64,000 nucleotides of DNA from Thalia democratica (taxonomy: Eukaryota): positions 50,282,001 to 50,346,000 of the forward strand of contig OZ241827.1 of assembly GCA_965202585.1 (NCBI GenBank), given 5' to 3'. Made by a program: the position numbers and the translations under genes. The notes beneath the pieces were generated by a model. That model did no database searches, was not told the DNA's origin, and saw nothing but the letters and a program-made list of their open reading frames with translations. This document shows, piece after piece, positions 29,101 to 41,300 of this stretch (the first letter of the stretch is position 1; each line of letters starts with the position of its first letter).

Positions 29101-31216
29101 AAATTTAAAAAAAAGTCTCTAAAAGGGTTTTTCACTTCTTATTATATCACTAATATCACTTTTTTACTTTTGTTTAAGCTATTTATATTACTACTTATTT
29201 TATATTTTAGCTTATTACTACTCATGTTATTTAAAAATTTCTATCAAAAATCTTTAATATTAAAACTTTTGTTATAAAAATAATTAGAAGTTTAGAAGAT
29301 AGGTTTAAAATGGTTTAAATTTATTATAGAAAACAAAACAAGAACTTTTTTCTGGTGAAATGTTTTTAATTATTTTTTTTAATCTGAATAACTTGACAAG
29401 TTTTAAGTTAATGTTTTAAATCATGTTTACTTTTAAATACATTTTTTACTTTTTATAAAAAAATAAGTGTTTAATTAAAAAAAGCAACTTTTTACTTTTC
29501 ATTCTTTTTTAGTATAGTTTATTAGCTTTTATGAAAATTCATTTTTTTAACTGTGTTTACATTTATATGAAAATTGTTTTTCCTTTTTGTGCAAGAAGCA
29601 TCCAACTTTTATTTAGTATTTTGTTTACAATTTTAGTATACTTAGCAAAGCATTTCAAAACTTGATGCTCAAACGACCTTGTTAGTATACTCTAAAATGA
29701 TTTTTTCAGTCAGTTAATTTTGTTAGAACGTTCTAGTAAAATAAAGAACACTTATTATGTTTAGAGTTTTAAATTAAAAAATCTATATAAAAAAAAGAAA
29801 TGGATATAACTAAGACTTAAACTAAATTGGAATAACTTTTATAGACAGGTCAAAAACCGTTAAGCAGCTTTAATATAAATTCAGTTATCTCATACCGAAT
29901 CTTATTATAAAGCTTTAGAAGCTGAATTCTTAAAGATCTTGTAGATTATAAATGAAAATATTTACACAAAAATTCTTTTTAAAGAATGACTTATACGTTT
30001 TATAAAGAAATCACAAAATTTTGAATTAATTTAAGTCAGTTATTTACAAACAGTAATTGTTTAAAGATGGCGAAAGTTTTTAGTACATATGTTATTTAAC
30101 AGTTGAAATAGAAGTTTCATCAACTTTCTTTCTAAATTTTTGTTCAAAAAATTCAAAAAATTATTATCACTATGTATCTAGTTATTGTATAGTGTTAGAA
30201 AGTAAAAAAAAAAGTTTTAGATTAGTTTTTTTGGAGTCATGATCCATACATATAAGCTACTCCTACTAAACTATAATTTCAATAAAGATTATAAAACTGC
30301 AAAACCCAAGGAAAAATTATCTGTGATCGATGAAGAAACAAGTAAAACTCGCAAACTTTTGTTTAGCTGACGTGTTTCATTGTTAATTTAATATATCAGA
30401 CCTCGTTAATGGAATACTGTTCACAAATTTGAAAAAATGTAACTATTTTTAATCGAAATATTCAATTAATAATGTTTAGAAAGTAGTTTTTTTTAATAAG
30501 TTTTTACTATTCGAATTTTTTATAAACTTAATATCTAAAAATTTATTTTAAAAGTTTTTTTTTTTGAAATTAAATTGTGTATTTTTGTGTTCCAAAATTG
30601 AAATTTACTCTTATTATTTTTAAAATAATGTTATTTAAATGTAGGTAACTCTAAAAAAAACTTTAACCTCTTATTTTTCTGTAGCAAAATTAAACTTAAT
30701 TTTAAAGCGATATAACATTAATATAATAAGTTATATAAATAAATTATCATAGTTTCATTAAGTAGTTTTTATAATAAAAAAAATATTAACAATTAATTTA
30801 ATTTGGAGTTTCTAAGTAGTTTATTTTGCAGCATATGATAACAAAAAACGTTAATAAATAGAGCTAACTCATTTTAGCTTTGAAACAAATTTCGTCAAAA
30901 ACAGTGATGAGACAAACGAATAAAATCAAAATTAAAACATAGCGTCCACGCTAATACAGAAGCATCATAAATGAAAATATTATTTTAATACTAATAATAC
31001 AATTGCATTAAATTTTTAATAATTTCTGTGGCATGAGTAAATTCATAAAAAAACAAAACAAAAAATTGTGCTACTAAACTTCAAAGTATGATTTGTTTTG
31101 GATTGACACCCTTATTTGCCTAAATTTTATTTTCGAGCCTACTTTTGCTCTACTCTAAAGCTTCCGTGCGAGAAGGCAGCGAAGGTGTGCAACTACTTCA
31201 AAAAGTTTTCAACCAA

Positions 31217-32316
31217 TCACAAGCAAGTTTGCAGGTGCGAGTTGCTGATCCCGCCAACCACGGTCGTCAAACTTTCCTTGCCGCTTTGGCGCGTGCTGCT
31301 CTTGGTCAGCACGTAAGTGGGCCGCAGCCGGTCGTCGCCTTCGTAATCGCCGACCGCCGAACGGTTGGCGGGTAGCTGGACTTCCTCGTAAACGCGTTGG
31401 GTCGCGGGCAGGCGCCTCGGAAAGTTGGAAGGATTTTCGTCGCAGCTTTTCATTTCGGAGCCGCAACCGCTTGACGGCGACGAAGAGTAGCAGTTTAATA
31501 GGGCGGCGTTATGCTGGCTCTTTTTTTTAGGAACGCTGTTCTGATTGTTCAGCTCCGGCAGGCTCTGGTAGAAGGCGGAGTCGCGTTCCGAGGACACGGC
31601 CGGGTGCGACTGTGCCTCGTTGTTGCTGGAAGAAGTGTCCTGCGAGAACAGGCACCGCTCGACTTCCAGGTCATTTTCGTCGACGTCCCTTCCCGCGTCT
31701 TTTGAAGATGACGTCATAGGGGTCCAGCGGTCCGCTTTGCGCGGCTGATCCCTCGACTGCGCCTTGTGAGCTTTCAAGTACCGCTGGCGACCGTCAAACG
31801 AGGACGAACTCGCGTCGTTGGTGATGTCGCTCTCTTCGGTGGTGCTGTTTACGGAGCTGCGGCGCTTGTTCTTCTGGCTCGAGATCTGGTTGTACGTGGG
31901 CCGCTTGTCGCGAGCGATGGACGACCCCACCGAGTTGTCGTCGGTCGTCCACTGAGCGGATATTTTGGAGACCGTGTTGGCTCGCGGCGGCGGGTACGAC
32001 AGAAGACTGCTGTCCGGTATCGAGGAACCCGAAGTTGAGGCCCCCTGGTGGTTGCTCATCGTGTACTGGTTTCCGGTTAGGACGCCGATGTTCTGCTGCG
32101 CCCGGAAGTCGTCCTCGGCCCTTTCGTTCCTTCGCAACATGTCGTACTGCCCCTCTTCCGGGTCGCTCCGGCCGTTGCCGTGGTGACAGTAGCCGTAAGC
32201 GACGTCCCGGCGGCGTGGGTCCGGTCTCGTGATTGGTTGCGGTTCCAGGTACAAGTCGTGGTGGCTGCTCTGCTGACATCTTCTGGGCGGCACGTAGTTG
32301 TTGGCCACTTGAAGCT
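31217..32316 (-). CDS. ADGRL: ADGRL last exon: long S/R/D-rich cytoplasmic tail ending in class I PDZ motif QTCL
   Basis: aaacag acceptor in phase 1; 363-aa GC3-rich ORF; terminal T-x-L as in vertebrate VTSL. Confidence 0.85.
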
Positions 32317-35300
32317 CTGTTTTTAAAAAATATTTAAAAAGTGTTCATGTTTAAAACACAAGCATTTTGTTATAAAAATACATTTTCAGCAGTTGAACAC
32401 ACTGTGCTTAAACATTAAAAATACTACAGAAATTAAAAAATGAGGTTTACAACATCAACAGTTTTCCTATGAATCTCATGCTTTATTACAAGTCTTTTTC
32501 TCTATCTTTTCAGTTATTGCGCGTAGAACCAGGAAAATTAGTGTTGTGTAAATATGGATTACAGGCTCTAACACAATGAATTACTTGCATAGAACTTGGA
32601 ATAATGACTTTTATCTGACGAATGTTAATCCGATATTTTTTATTTATTTATGTGTTAAGCTTCCTAGTTTTAACATATTTTAAAATCAGATATAAACTTA
32701 AAACATACGAATCATTTTTAAGCTTTATTAAAAATTTTATTACAAATGTATCTAATTCATCAAGCCTTAATGCTAAGGATTACTAACTGTGCTAATTGAT
32801 TTGTTTAACTTTCACTAGAAATTTGAAAGTTCCGGAAAAGTGGTTTTCGCAGATGGCTTAATAATCGATTGCATCTTTTTAAAGGTTTGTAACTTTTCAC
32901 GCCTTTCTATTTGACGTTTTGTTGCTGAGCAAAACGCTAAAGAATCAATTTTAAACGGATGTGAAGTTGCTTTTGTTGTATAACACATCTAAAAACTTAA
33001 AAAAAAGATTTTAAATAATAACTTGATAAAAATAACTATATAAGATAACTAAGCGTAATCAAGTAACACAATAAAAATGAATCATCTAAAAAAAAGTTTA
33101 AAAAAAATTGGATATGAAAAATTGACTCTATATGTTTTTTTATTCATTTTGTAAAATTTTTAAGCACCTATTTCTCATTTGTTATCTACATTTGCGCAAA
33201 TGTGTACGTACATCAAATTGTACAACATTGAACAACTTTGTGTAGACACGACTGAACACCCAAATTAAACAAAACGTCGTGAAAAGTACCGTTGCTCGAG
33301 CAAAGGTCGTAGGACGAACTTGAGGTCGTGGTGTTGCTTCCCAGCACCGGGTAAAAGTAAACAATCGACGAAGTTGTGTCATAAAAACTGTTTCTGAGGG
33401 TCTGGCACCTCATTAGCGCCATTTCACCGCAAGATAATTTTGTTGAAGCTGTTCACGCCAAAATATTTAATTACAGACCAAGCTCACGCAGGTTTTAGTT
33501 TTATTCGGAGTTCAAAAAGTAAAAAAAAAAATCATTATTGCGAATTTTAATGCTATTTTTTGAAAGTATGTAAGTACAAACGTACCTCTGTTAGGCGCGG
33601 TGTCAGAGTTGTATATCATGGTGGAAGTTTCTGTTGGTTGGTTTTGCTGCTTGTCACAGCTTCCGACTGTTTCAGTCCACATTCGTTGAAGCTGACTGTG
33701 GTTTTGCTGTTAAGAAAATGGGTTTAGAAATAGAAAAATAAATTATATTCAAAAGAACAAAAAAATAAACTTTTATTCGTATGAATTCTGACAGCATAAT
33801 TTTCTTTTTACTAGCTACCTAGTTGCTTTACAATTATTGTTATCAAATATTAATGCAAGGATAACTTCAAAGAAAATATAACTGCAAGCTATTAAATAAA
33901 AGACTAAAGGTATAAAGCTATTTATATATCAAAGTTACAATAACATGTATACAAAATAAATATTAAAATTTATATACATTTTTTATTGTTTAGTTCTAAT
34001 TTCTAACAAAAAGCTTATGTAATGTATATTTGATCGACAATATTTTTTTTTCCAACTTTATCTATTTCACCAAAAAATATAACTTAAACTTTAAAGCATG
34101 AGTTTATAAAAAAAAACAAGAAAACTAAAAATTATAAGTTTTCAGCAGGAAACAAGTGCTTACGTTGTGGTTGTAGTTAGGGGAAGTCCCTGATTGGTTG
34201 TAGCGGTTGTTTCGTGCATTGTAGTGTTTCGAGAAGGACATGCTGCTGCTCACATAAGTCATTTCGCCCATTGAGCTCTTTCCCTGGCAGCACCACTTTC
34301 TGAACAACTTTGAGTACTCGCGTCGTACCTTTAAAAATAAGAAAACATAGGAATACTATAATAGTTAACAAAAACATTTTCAACGAGTTCCTACATTATT
34401 ATAATATTAAAAACTCGGAAAATATAAAAAAAGCTCAAGGAATCATATAGGCTTGAAAAAACTAACATTTCTATTATTGTAAAACTTTTTACTGTTTTTA
34501 TACCTACATAAAAATATTGAAAAAAATCTTTGCTTACATTTATGTTTTTATTTGAGTTTATAAGAATATAATATAATAATGAGAAACGTACAACACTATT
34601 TTAAATTAAATAAGTGAATTTTACTCGAAAGACACTAGAATAAATTGAATTTATTAAAGTATTTGTTTTAGCGTCATGTCATTGCAAGACAAGACCCTTT
34701 AAACAGTCAAAACGTTTCATGTCAAGGCAAAAAGAACTCGAATCGAACACTTTCAGCTTTTGATTAATTTGACTCCCCTCGTTTATCTTTTTGTTTTCTC
34801 ACGGCTCTCGGTCGCCGTGCTCAAACACATTTGGCTCGTTTCTTTTAGTCGCTGCTCGAAAGTGGCATGATTAACCATCAACATCACAACCAATTACGAC
34901 GACTTGATATCCAGGCAGCAGCTCCTGACTCTTCATCAATCGATTTTTGTCAAGAAAAAAGCTCTTTCTGCCGTAACGCAGTGCTCCTTTTTTTTTTTTT
35001 TGTGTTCTGTTTGTTTGTTTGCTTCGCGCGAGCTACTTTTCCATTCGAATCGGCTTAAAATCGCACATTTTTCGTGTCGGCGTCACAAAATATTCCAATA
35101 TTTCATTTCGGTAGGCACTGAAAGGCTTTTACTTCGTATTTTTTGCTATATAGTGATTAATTAGTATACACAGTAATGTGTTCGGCTTTGAGAATTTTCT
35201 TTTGTGCTGTTTGTATGCTTTGTTTCCATATGGAAATTATACAATGCTAAATTATACAAGTTAACATAAACTCTATAGTCTATAGGGTATACACTGCACA

Positions 35301-38300
35301 GTACATATAGCTTTTAGTAATTAATGATAGAAAACAATATGTGCTTAAGATACTATTTAAATATAGGACATTCTTTTAGAGACTAGCTTGTATCGTAAAT
35401 TACTTTTTAAAACCTTTGTAAAGAATGAAAAAAAAACAGAAAATTAACAACGAACGACTCACCTTTCCTTGCAGTATGCAGTAGAGGAAAAAGACAAAGA
35501 AGCCGAGAAAAACGTTCAATATCAGGAATAGATAGGCGATGATGAGGGACTTTTCCGTGTTCCAGACCAGCCCGAACATCCAAGTGAGACCGAGGATAAA
35601 CAGCAGCGAACCGGTGCTTCTGACTCCGTACCTGCAGTAAAAAGCTTGCTGTAAAAATCAAGTTATCAAAAAGTAAGATAGAAAAGTAATAACATTTGTA
35701 GCATGACATCAATTATTTCAACGTTTACCAGACGCAACTTCAAGCCAGAAATATTTGTTGTAACAACTCAATTAAAATGCGGAAGCACTTAAACGGTCTC
35801 TGTTTGTTTTACAACCTGCAGCTATAACAATATTGTAAATAACCCGCGCGCCTCGTGATTATCCGGTTACGGCGCACTAAGCAAGGACTCAGCAGTTTAA
35901 ATTTATAAGCTGATTTCATCATTTTGACGTCTATAAACAAATAAACACCGTTGGTTTTTTATTTCTACAAAAGCTTATCCAAATACGTTGATGTTCAGCA
36001 ATTTTTAGAATTTTTTGAAATTAAATTAATAAAAAAGCATAAAGAAAAACGGTGAAACAATGAAATGAATGAACTTTTACAAATTTCAAAGAGGCTTTGT
36101 GTTGAAATAGGTTTTCTATATGAATCGAACAAATTAAATTTTTCAATTTTTAAGCATGCCAAATTGTGACAGCTACATAAAAACAACATACTTTTAATGA
36201 AAAGTTTATTACAAAAATTCCCTTACATAACAATTAACTTTTAACTGTAATGTAAAGAATTCTGTTTCATCTTAAAATTTTTCTTTGAAAAAATCAGTTT
36301 AGAAAAAAACAAAACTATTTTCAAATATATTATTACTTGTTGAGGTTTGTTTACAAACATTTATTGTGATTTAAATAAACCACATACTATTAGCATAGCT
36401 ATAGTTGACATATTTACATTAAAATGTTTAATTTTTTTTAACAAGTTTAAATAATTTCTTTTTTAATATTTAGTTTATGTATTTTCGTAAAAAAAATGTT
36501 TTTAAATTACTATATTTAAAACAGAAACTAAAGTACTTAATTACACTTTGTTTTGCTAGTAGCATATTTTGCTGAGATTTTTCATTAAGAATCAATAATA
36601 TAATCGAACTTCAAAACACGTTTAAGCAACCGTACTCAAAAGTTAAAAAAGTCTCGTATTTAAATAAACACCCTTTTTTAAATTGTTTGAAATGTTTAAA
36701 ACTTTTAAGTAAAAGTGAGTTTTACAAAAACAAACACAATTAGTGAAACAACTAAACATTTCTCTAAACTTTAAGTTAATTATTTTTATTTATGTAGTAT
36801 ATGTTTTTAATTTCAAATACAATATATTATAAAATTTAATAGTAAACTTATCAAAAAAAAAATACCTGACACTTTTCAATCGGGTAGCATCGGTCAGCAC
36901 GCTGGATTTTCTGTGCAGCTTCACCGTGGTTGCCACTAGCATCGCCCCCGTCGTCACCACAGCGACGACTAGCGGAAAGACGAAGCCCAGCATGGAGTAG
37001 GAGTCTACGTTGAGCCAACACCAGGACGGACTCTTGTAACCTTCGATGTTTATCAGCGCCGTCGTCAGCACCACCATCGTAGGCATTCCTGAGTTTTTAT
37101 TGGTCAATGTAATTTTTTTATTGTTTAAATAAGTCTAAACAGACACAAAAAAGTTCTGGCTTAATTTTTATTCGTCATTTCCAACTGTTTTACACATAGT
37201 TTGATTAATCTTTGTAAATGCATTTTTTATTTGTGAGACTTTTACTAACAATACGATAATAATATTAATTCTATAAAAAATCTTTTATATAAAGAGTAAA
37301 CTGAATTTTAATTTTTTAAAAACTTGACTTTATAAAGATATAGTTTTCTTGAAACTTTAAATTATGCATAAAAAAACTTTTAGATGCACAAACTATTTTA
37401 TTATAACTAAATGTACATTTATAAGAAAAAAATTATTTATTATAAATATTAAAAATAAGCTATTCATCATTAAAAAATTAACTCTGATTGATTGTTTGAT
37501 AGATTTTCATGTTAAACAGCAATTGAACTTTTAAACTGTGAAACCGTATTTTACATAAAACGAACATTGCTCAAAATATAGCTTCATGTTTGTAGTTGCC
37601 AAGTTAATGAACTTATTAAGATAACAAGCTTTTAATTAGCTAATGAAGTATGGCCTAGCGGCAACATTTGATGAATTATACATTGTTGTGCTAATTTGGT
37701 AGATAAAACTAGCTATAAAACTTAATTAAAAATCGGTCTCTTTAAAAGTTCTTAAATTAACAAAACTACTGCTGGATCAATAAAAAAAAGTCAAAAGGGT
37801 ATTCCTTGGAAAGTTTATTTGTTTCAAGAAACATATGCTACGATGGAAATCACAGCAGTGAACTTCGCATGCAACTAGCTCTCCCCTAGTCCGCCTAACT
37901 CTCTGCTTAGCTAATCGATTTTTGTCCATTCAAATCCTAAGTTAAAATTTATGTTTGTTATTTTACACATGCTCGCGTGTTATCTCGCTTGATAATGTTT
38001 TCATTAAGTATTAGCGCTTTAAAACGGCGACCTTGCAATAGTTTAATCAGCTGATTTTTTTTCTGTCGGCAATAAATGTTGAAAACGTATTTTAGCCACA
38101 AAGCTTGCCTCTGTCAACTTAATTCACTGACATTTTTATATTTTTGAATATGTTCATCACTAATCAATATTTTTTTTAATAATTTTTTGATGAACGAATT
38201 TCTTTAACTAAATGCTTTCCAAAATGCTTTGCCTTGATGCTATTTACTATTTTTTTATAAATTTAATTTTTAAAATCTTCTAATTCTCATAGCTTTTATA

Positions 38301-41300
38301 CTATTCATAAAAGAAAACCTTGTAAACACATAAAACAGGTTTCGACTTAAATACTCACTTTGACAAGAAAAAACTGTTCTTTTCTTTGTGAAAAGTTAAT
38401 ACCCATATACAAAATACTATTGACATACATATAATAGAAAATAATCAAAAAAATGCAAAAGTTCATTCATGATAGCTACAAAGTTAAAAACAAAAAAACA
38501 TCGAAAACTTCAACTGACCGTAGCCAATCAGGTAGAACCACTTCCACCTCGGGACGGACGCCGTCGAATCCACGAACTCACCGAGAAGCGCGAAGATCTG
38601 GAAGCTCTCGAGCGCCAGCCACACGAAAGTGGCGAGGAGGGAGAGGTGGAGGAGGAAGGCGGTGGCGTGGCAGAGGGTGGGGTCGGAGGGGCGGTGGATG
38701 GCCACCATGTACGAGGTCTCGACGACGAACAGCATCAGGCTGAAGTGCTTCACCGTGAAGTTGACTTCCAGGTCCCTGGGAAAAAAAAATATTTTGGTGT
38801 TAGTTTTTGGTTTTAATTTTACTGGATACAGAAAAGTTTTTTTTTGAAAATGTGGACACTTAATATTTTTAGAAAATAAGAAAATTTGTAGTTTTTGGTA
38901 GATTTTATAAAAAATACATTTTTTTTTCAATACGTACTTATTTTGTTCCTTTAGTTTTTTATAAAATCTAAATACAGCTGTTAAAATTAATCTACATCGA
39001 AGAACTAAAAACAATTTTTTTCTATGTGCTTATAGCAATAGTAAACTTCAAAAAAAGAATACAAACAGCAAGGCTGAGTTAAATTTGTAAATAAATGTCA
39101 AACTAAAAAACATTACTTGAAAATGACGAAGGTTGTAAAGCAGATGATGAGGCACACGCAGGACACGGATATCCCGATCGACATGGCGATCAGGTAGGTC
39201 ACGTCGATCTGGTCATCAGGAGGAGAGCTGGTGTCGACCTGAATGGCGAAGGAGGACAGGTGGTTGCATTTGCAGGTGCTGTGAGTTGCGTTTACCTGAA
39301 CCAGATCGCACCCTTCCGTGCTCCACATAGGTTGCTGCGTGCTGTTTGGATTTGTTAATTTAGAAAGACATTTTAGACACATTATAAGCCTTTAAGAAAC
39401 TTTTGTAAAGACGCAGAAACACTGTTTTTTTATGGTAGTTTTCAAAGTAAGCTTTAAAATGTTTCAAAATTATGTTTAAAAAAGTGTTGTTTTTTTAATA
39501 ATCTCCTTAAATTGTTTTATAGAATACGCTTTGTTATTAAAAACTTTGATTGTTTTTCTATACAAAATGTATGCATTTAGAATGTTACTTAAGTTGCTTG
39601 TTGTACTATAAGTTAACCAATTTAAACTTTATTTAAAACATAAAAACATGAAATACTCAAATTTGTATTCGTAAAAAAACTAATTAATCTTTTTGTATCA
39701 AAAGTTTAATTTGATTACTGTCTGAAACTAACGTACCACAAACAAAATCAAGTCGTCTCAAAATGTGATTGATGATGGCACTGGCTAAGCCAGGTTTAAA
39801 CTTTGCGAGAGCATGGACTCTGAAAGTTCTTATAATCACCAGTAACAAACATTGGCCGGCTCAGAGCTTTCGCTTTTATCGCTTTTCGAGAGTGAGTCGT
39901 CTCACATGTGAGTCAGCGCGCGCAAAAAAGCCGAATCCGATGGGACCTGCGTCAAATTTTTAAACCAACTTGATGTTTCGTGACGCTTTTAAGCCCACCG
40001 AAATGTCGCGCTAAAACTGATGCGACCGCAATTTCGGCTGATCAGAGCATGCGAAAAAAAAAACACGCAGTAGCTGAGTTCAATTTTGTCAAACTCATAC
40101 TGCTGCTGTTTGAACGCGAAGCAAAGTAATGGAGCGAAATGCGCTGATTTTGAGGTGATTTGATGGCAGCAGCCGAGCTCGTAAACAAAATAAAGCAAAG
40201 ATGAAAGGAAGCGCTTCTTTTGTTGCAAATATGCTAACGACTTACTTGCTATTATGTTTCCAGTAGACGCATCGTCGTTTTTCGCTGTTTCCCTTCCAGC
40301 CCTCTGTGACCTGTTTAATTTTTTTATTTCAGTTAATTAGTTAACTACTTCCGCTGTTGTTTTTATTTTCTACAGTATAGTAACAAGTTAAAATGATAAA
40401 ATTAAAACGCAACACGAACTTTTAAAAAGTTGCTTAAGCCACCGTAATATGTCGTGATAAAATTTTGAGCAGAATTTAATAAAGAGGTTGTGTGTGTGAA
40501 TGTAATTTTGGCCGGTCGTGCTTACAAAACAGTGCTCATATAATAAGCATGAACTTGACTTATCTGAACTTTTTTTCCTCTTTGTAATTTGTTTGGGATG
40601 CGCAAACACCTATCCTGCAAACTAAAAACTTGGGTGGTCTTCTTAAGCTGACCTTGTCGGTGATATGCCGCCCCCAAACCAAAATAAAACACAAACATTT
40701 TAAGCGCGATCGTTTGAATGTTGAGCTTTCTCTACTATAGAGCCTCACTGAGACGGCGCAAAGATACTATCGCAGCCTTTACAATTTAATAAGTTGGCTT
40801 ATAAACTAATCTGCGTTTGTCTGCACATCCCTCGCCATGCATTGAACGGCAGTCGTCTTTGCAACAAAGCCCCGAGGATATGTAGTCGGAAAGGTAATAA
40901 GTAAATTGTTTTTATAATGATTATAACCTTTACCGTTGACACAAAGCAGTGCATCTTTTTTAAGCTGTGTAATATATATATTTATAAAAGTTAAACAACG
41001 CGTAATTTAATGTCTGATAGATTAGGGTTAGTAATGTTTACACTCTCAGGACGCATGTATCGAAACGTTTTAATCGCTACACACTTAAACAACCTTAATT
41101 TAGATTTACACTTCAAAGAATATTACTGTTTACTAGCAAATGAGACTTAACCTTTTTTTCTTAATTCAATGGATGACTTAATTGGAATTAATTGAGCACG
41201 TATAAGTCGAAGTACAAATGATCAGAATTTTGATTAACATGTAGAACATCGACAGCGTACAATTATTCTAGGTTTGTCAACAAAAAAGGTTGTAAAACTC

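Noticed and set aside
31116-32279. Several overlapping ORFs on both strands (31145+, 31511+, 31766+, 31794-, 31965+, 32035+)
   Set aside because: Shadow frames of the GC-rich latrophilin last exon; no recognisable motifs.
35407-35712. 101-aa minus-strand ORF in the track
   Set aside because: Wrong frame; the real TM6-TM7 exon (35463..35631) is in another frame that fits the splice phases.
35816-35821. Possible 6-nt micro-exon (ctgcag) in the ICL3 intron
   Set aside because: Weak donor (gttgta); the sequence looks equally like tandem acceptors; no support without reads.
38453-38847. Arg/Gly-rich and Glu/Gly-rich plus-strand ORFs
   Set aside because: Antisense shadows of the TM2-TM4 exon.
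40560-40748. ORF considered as the missing GPS exon
   Set aside because: No C-x-x-W motif or fitting splice sites; the 65-nt exon 40246..40310 supplies it.
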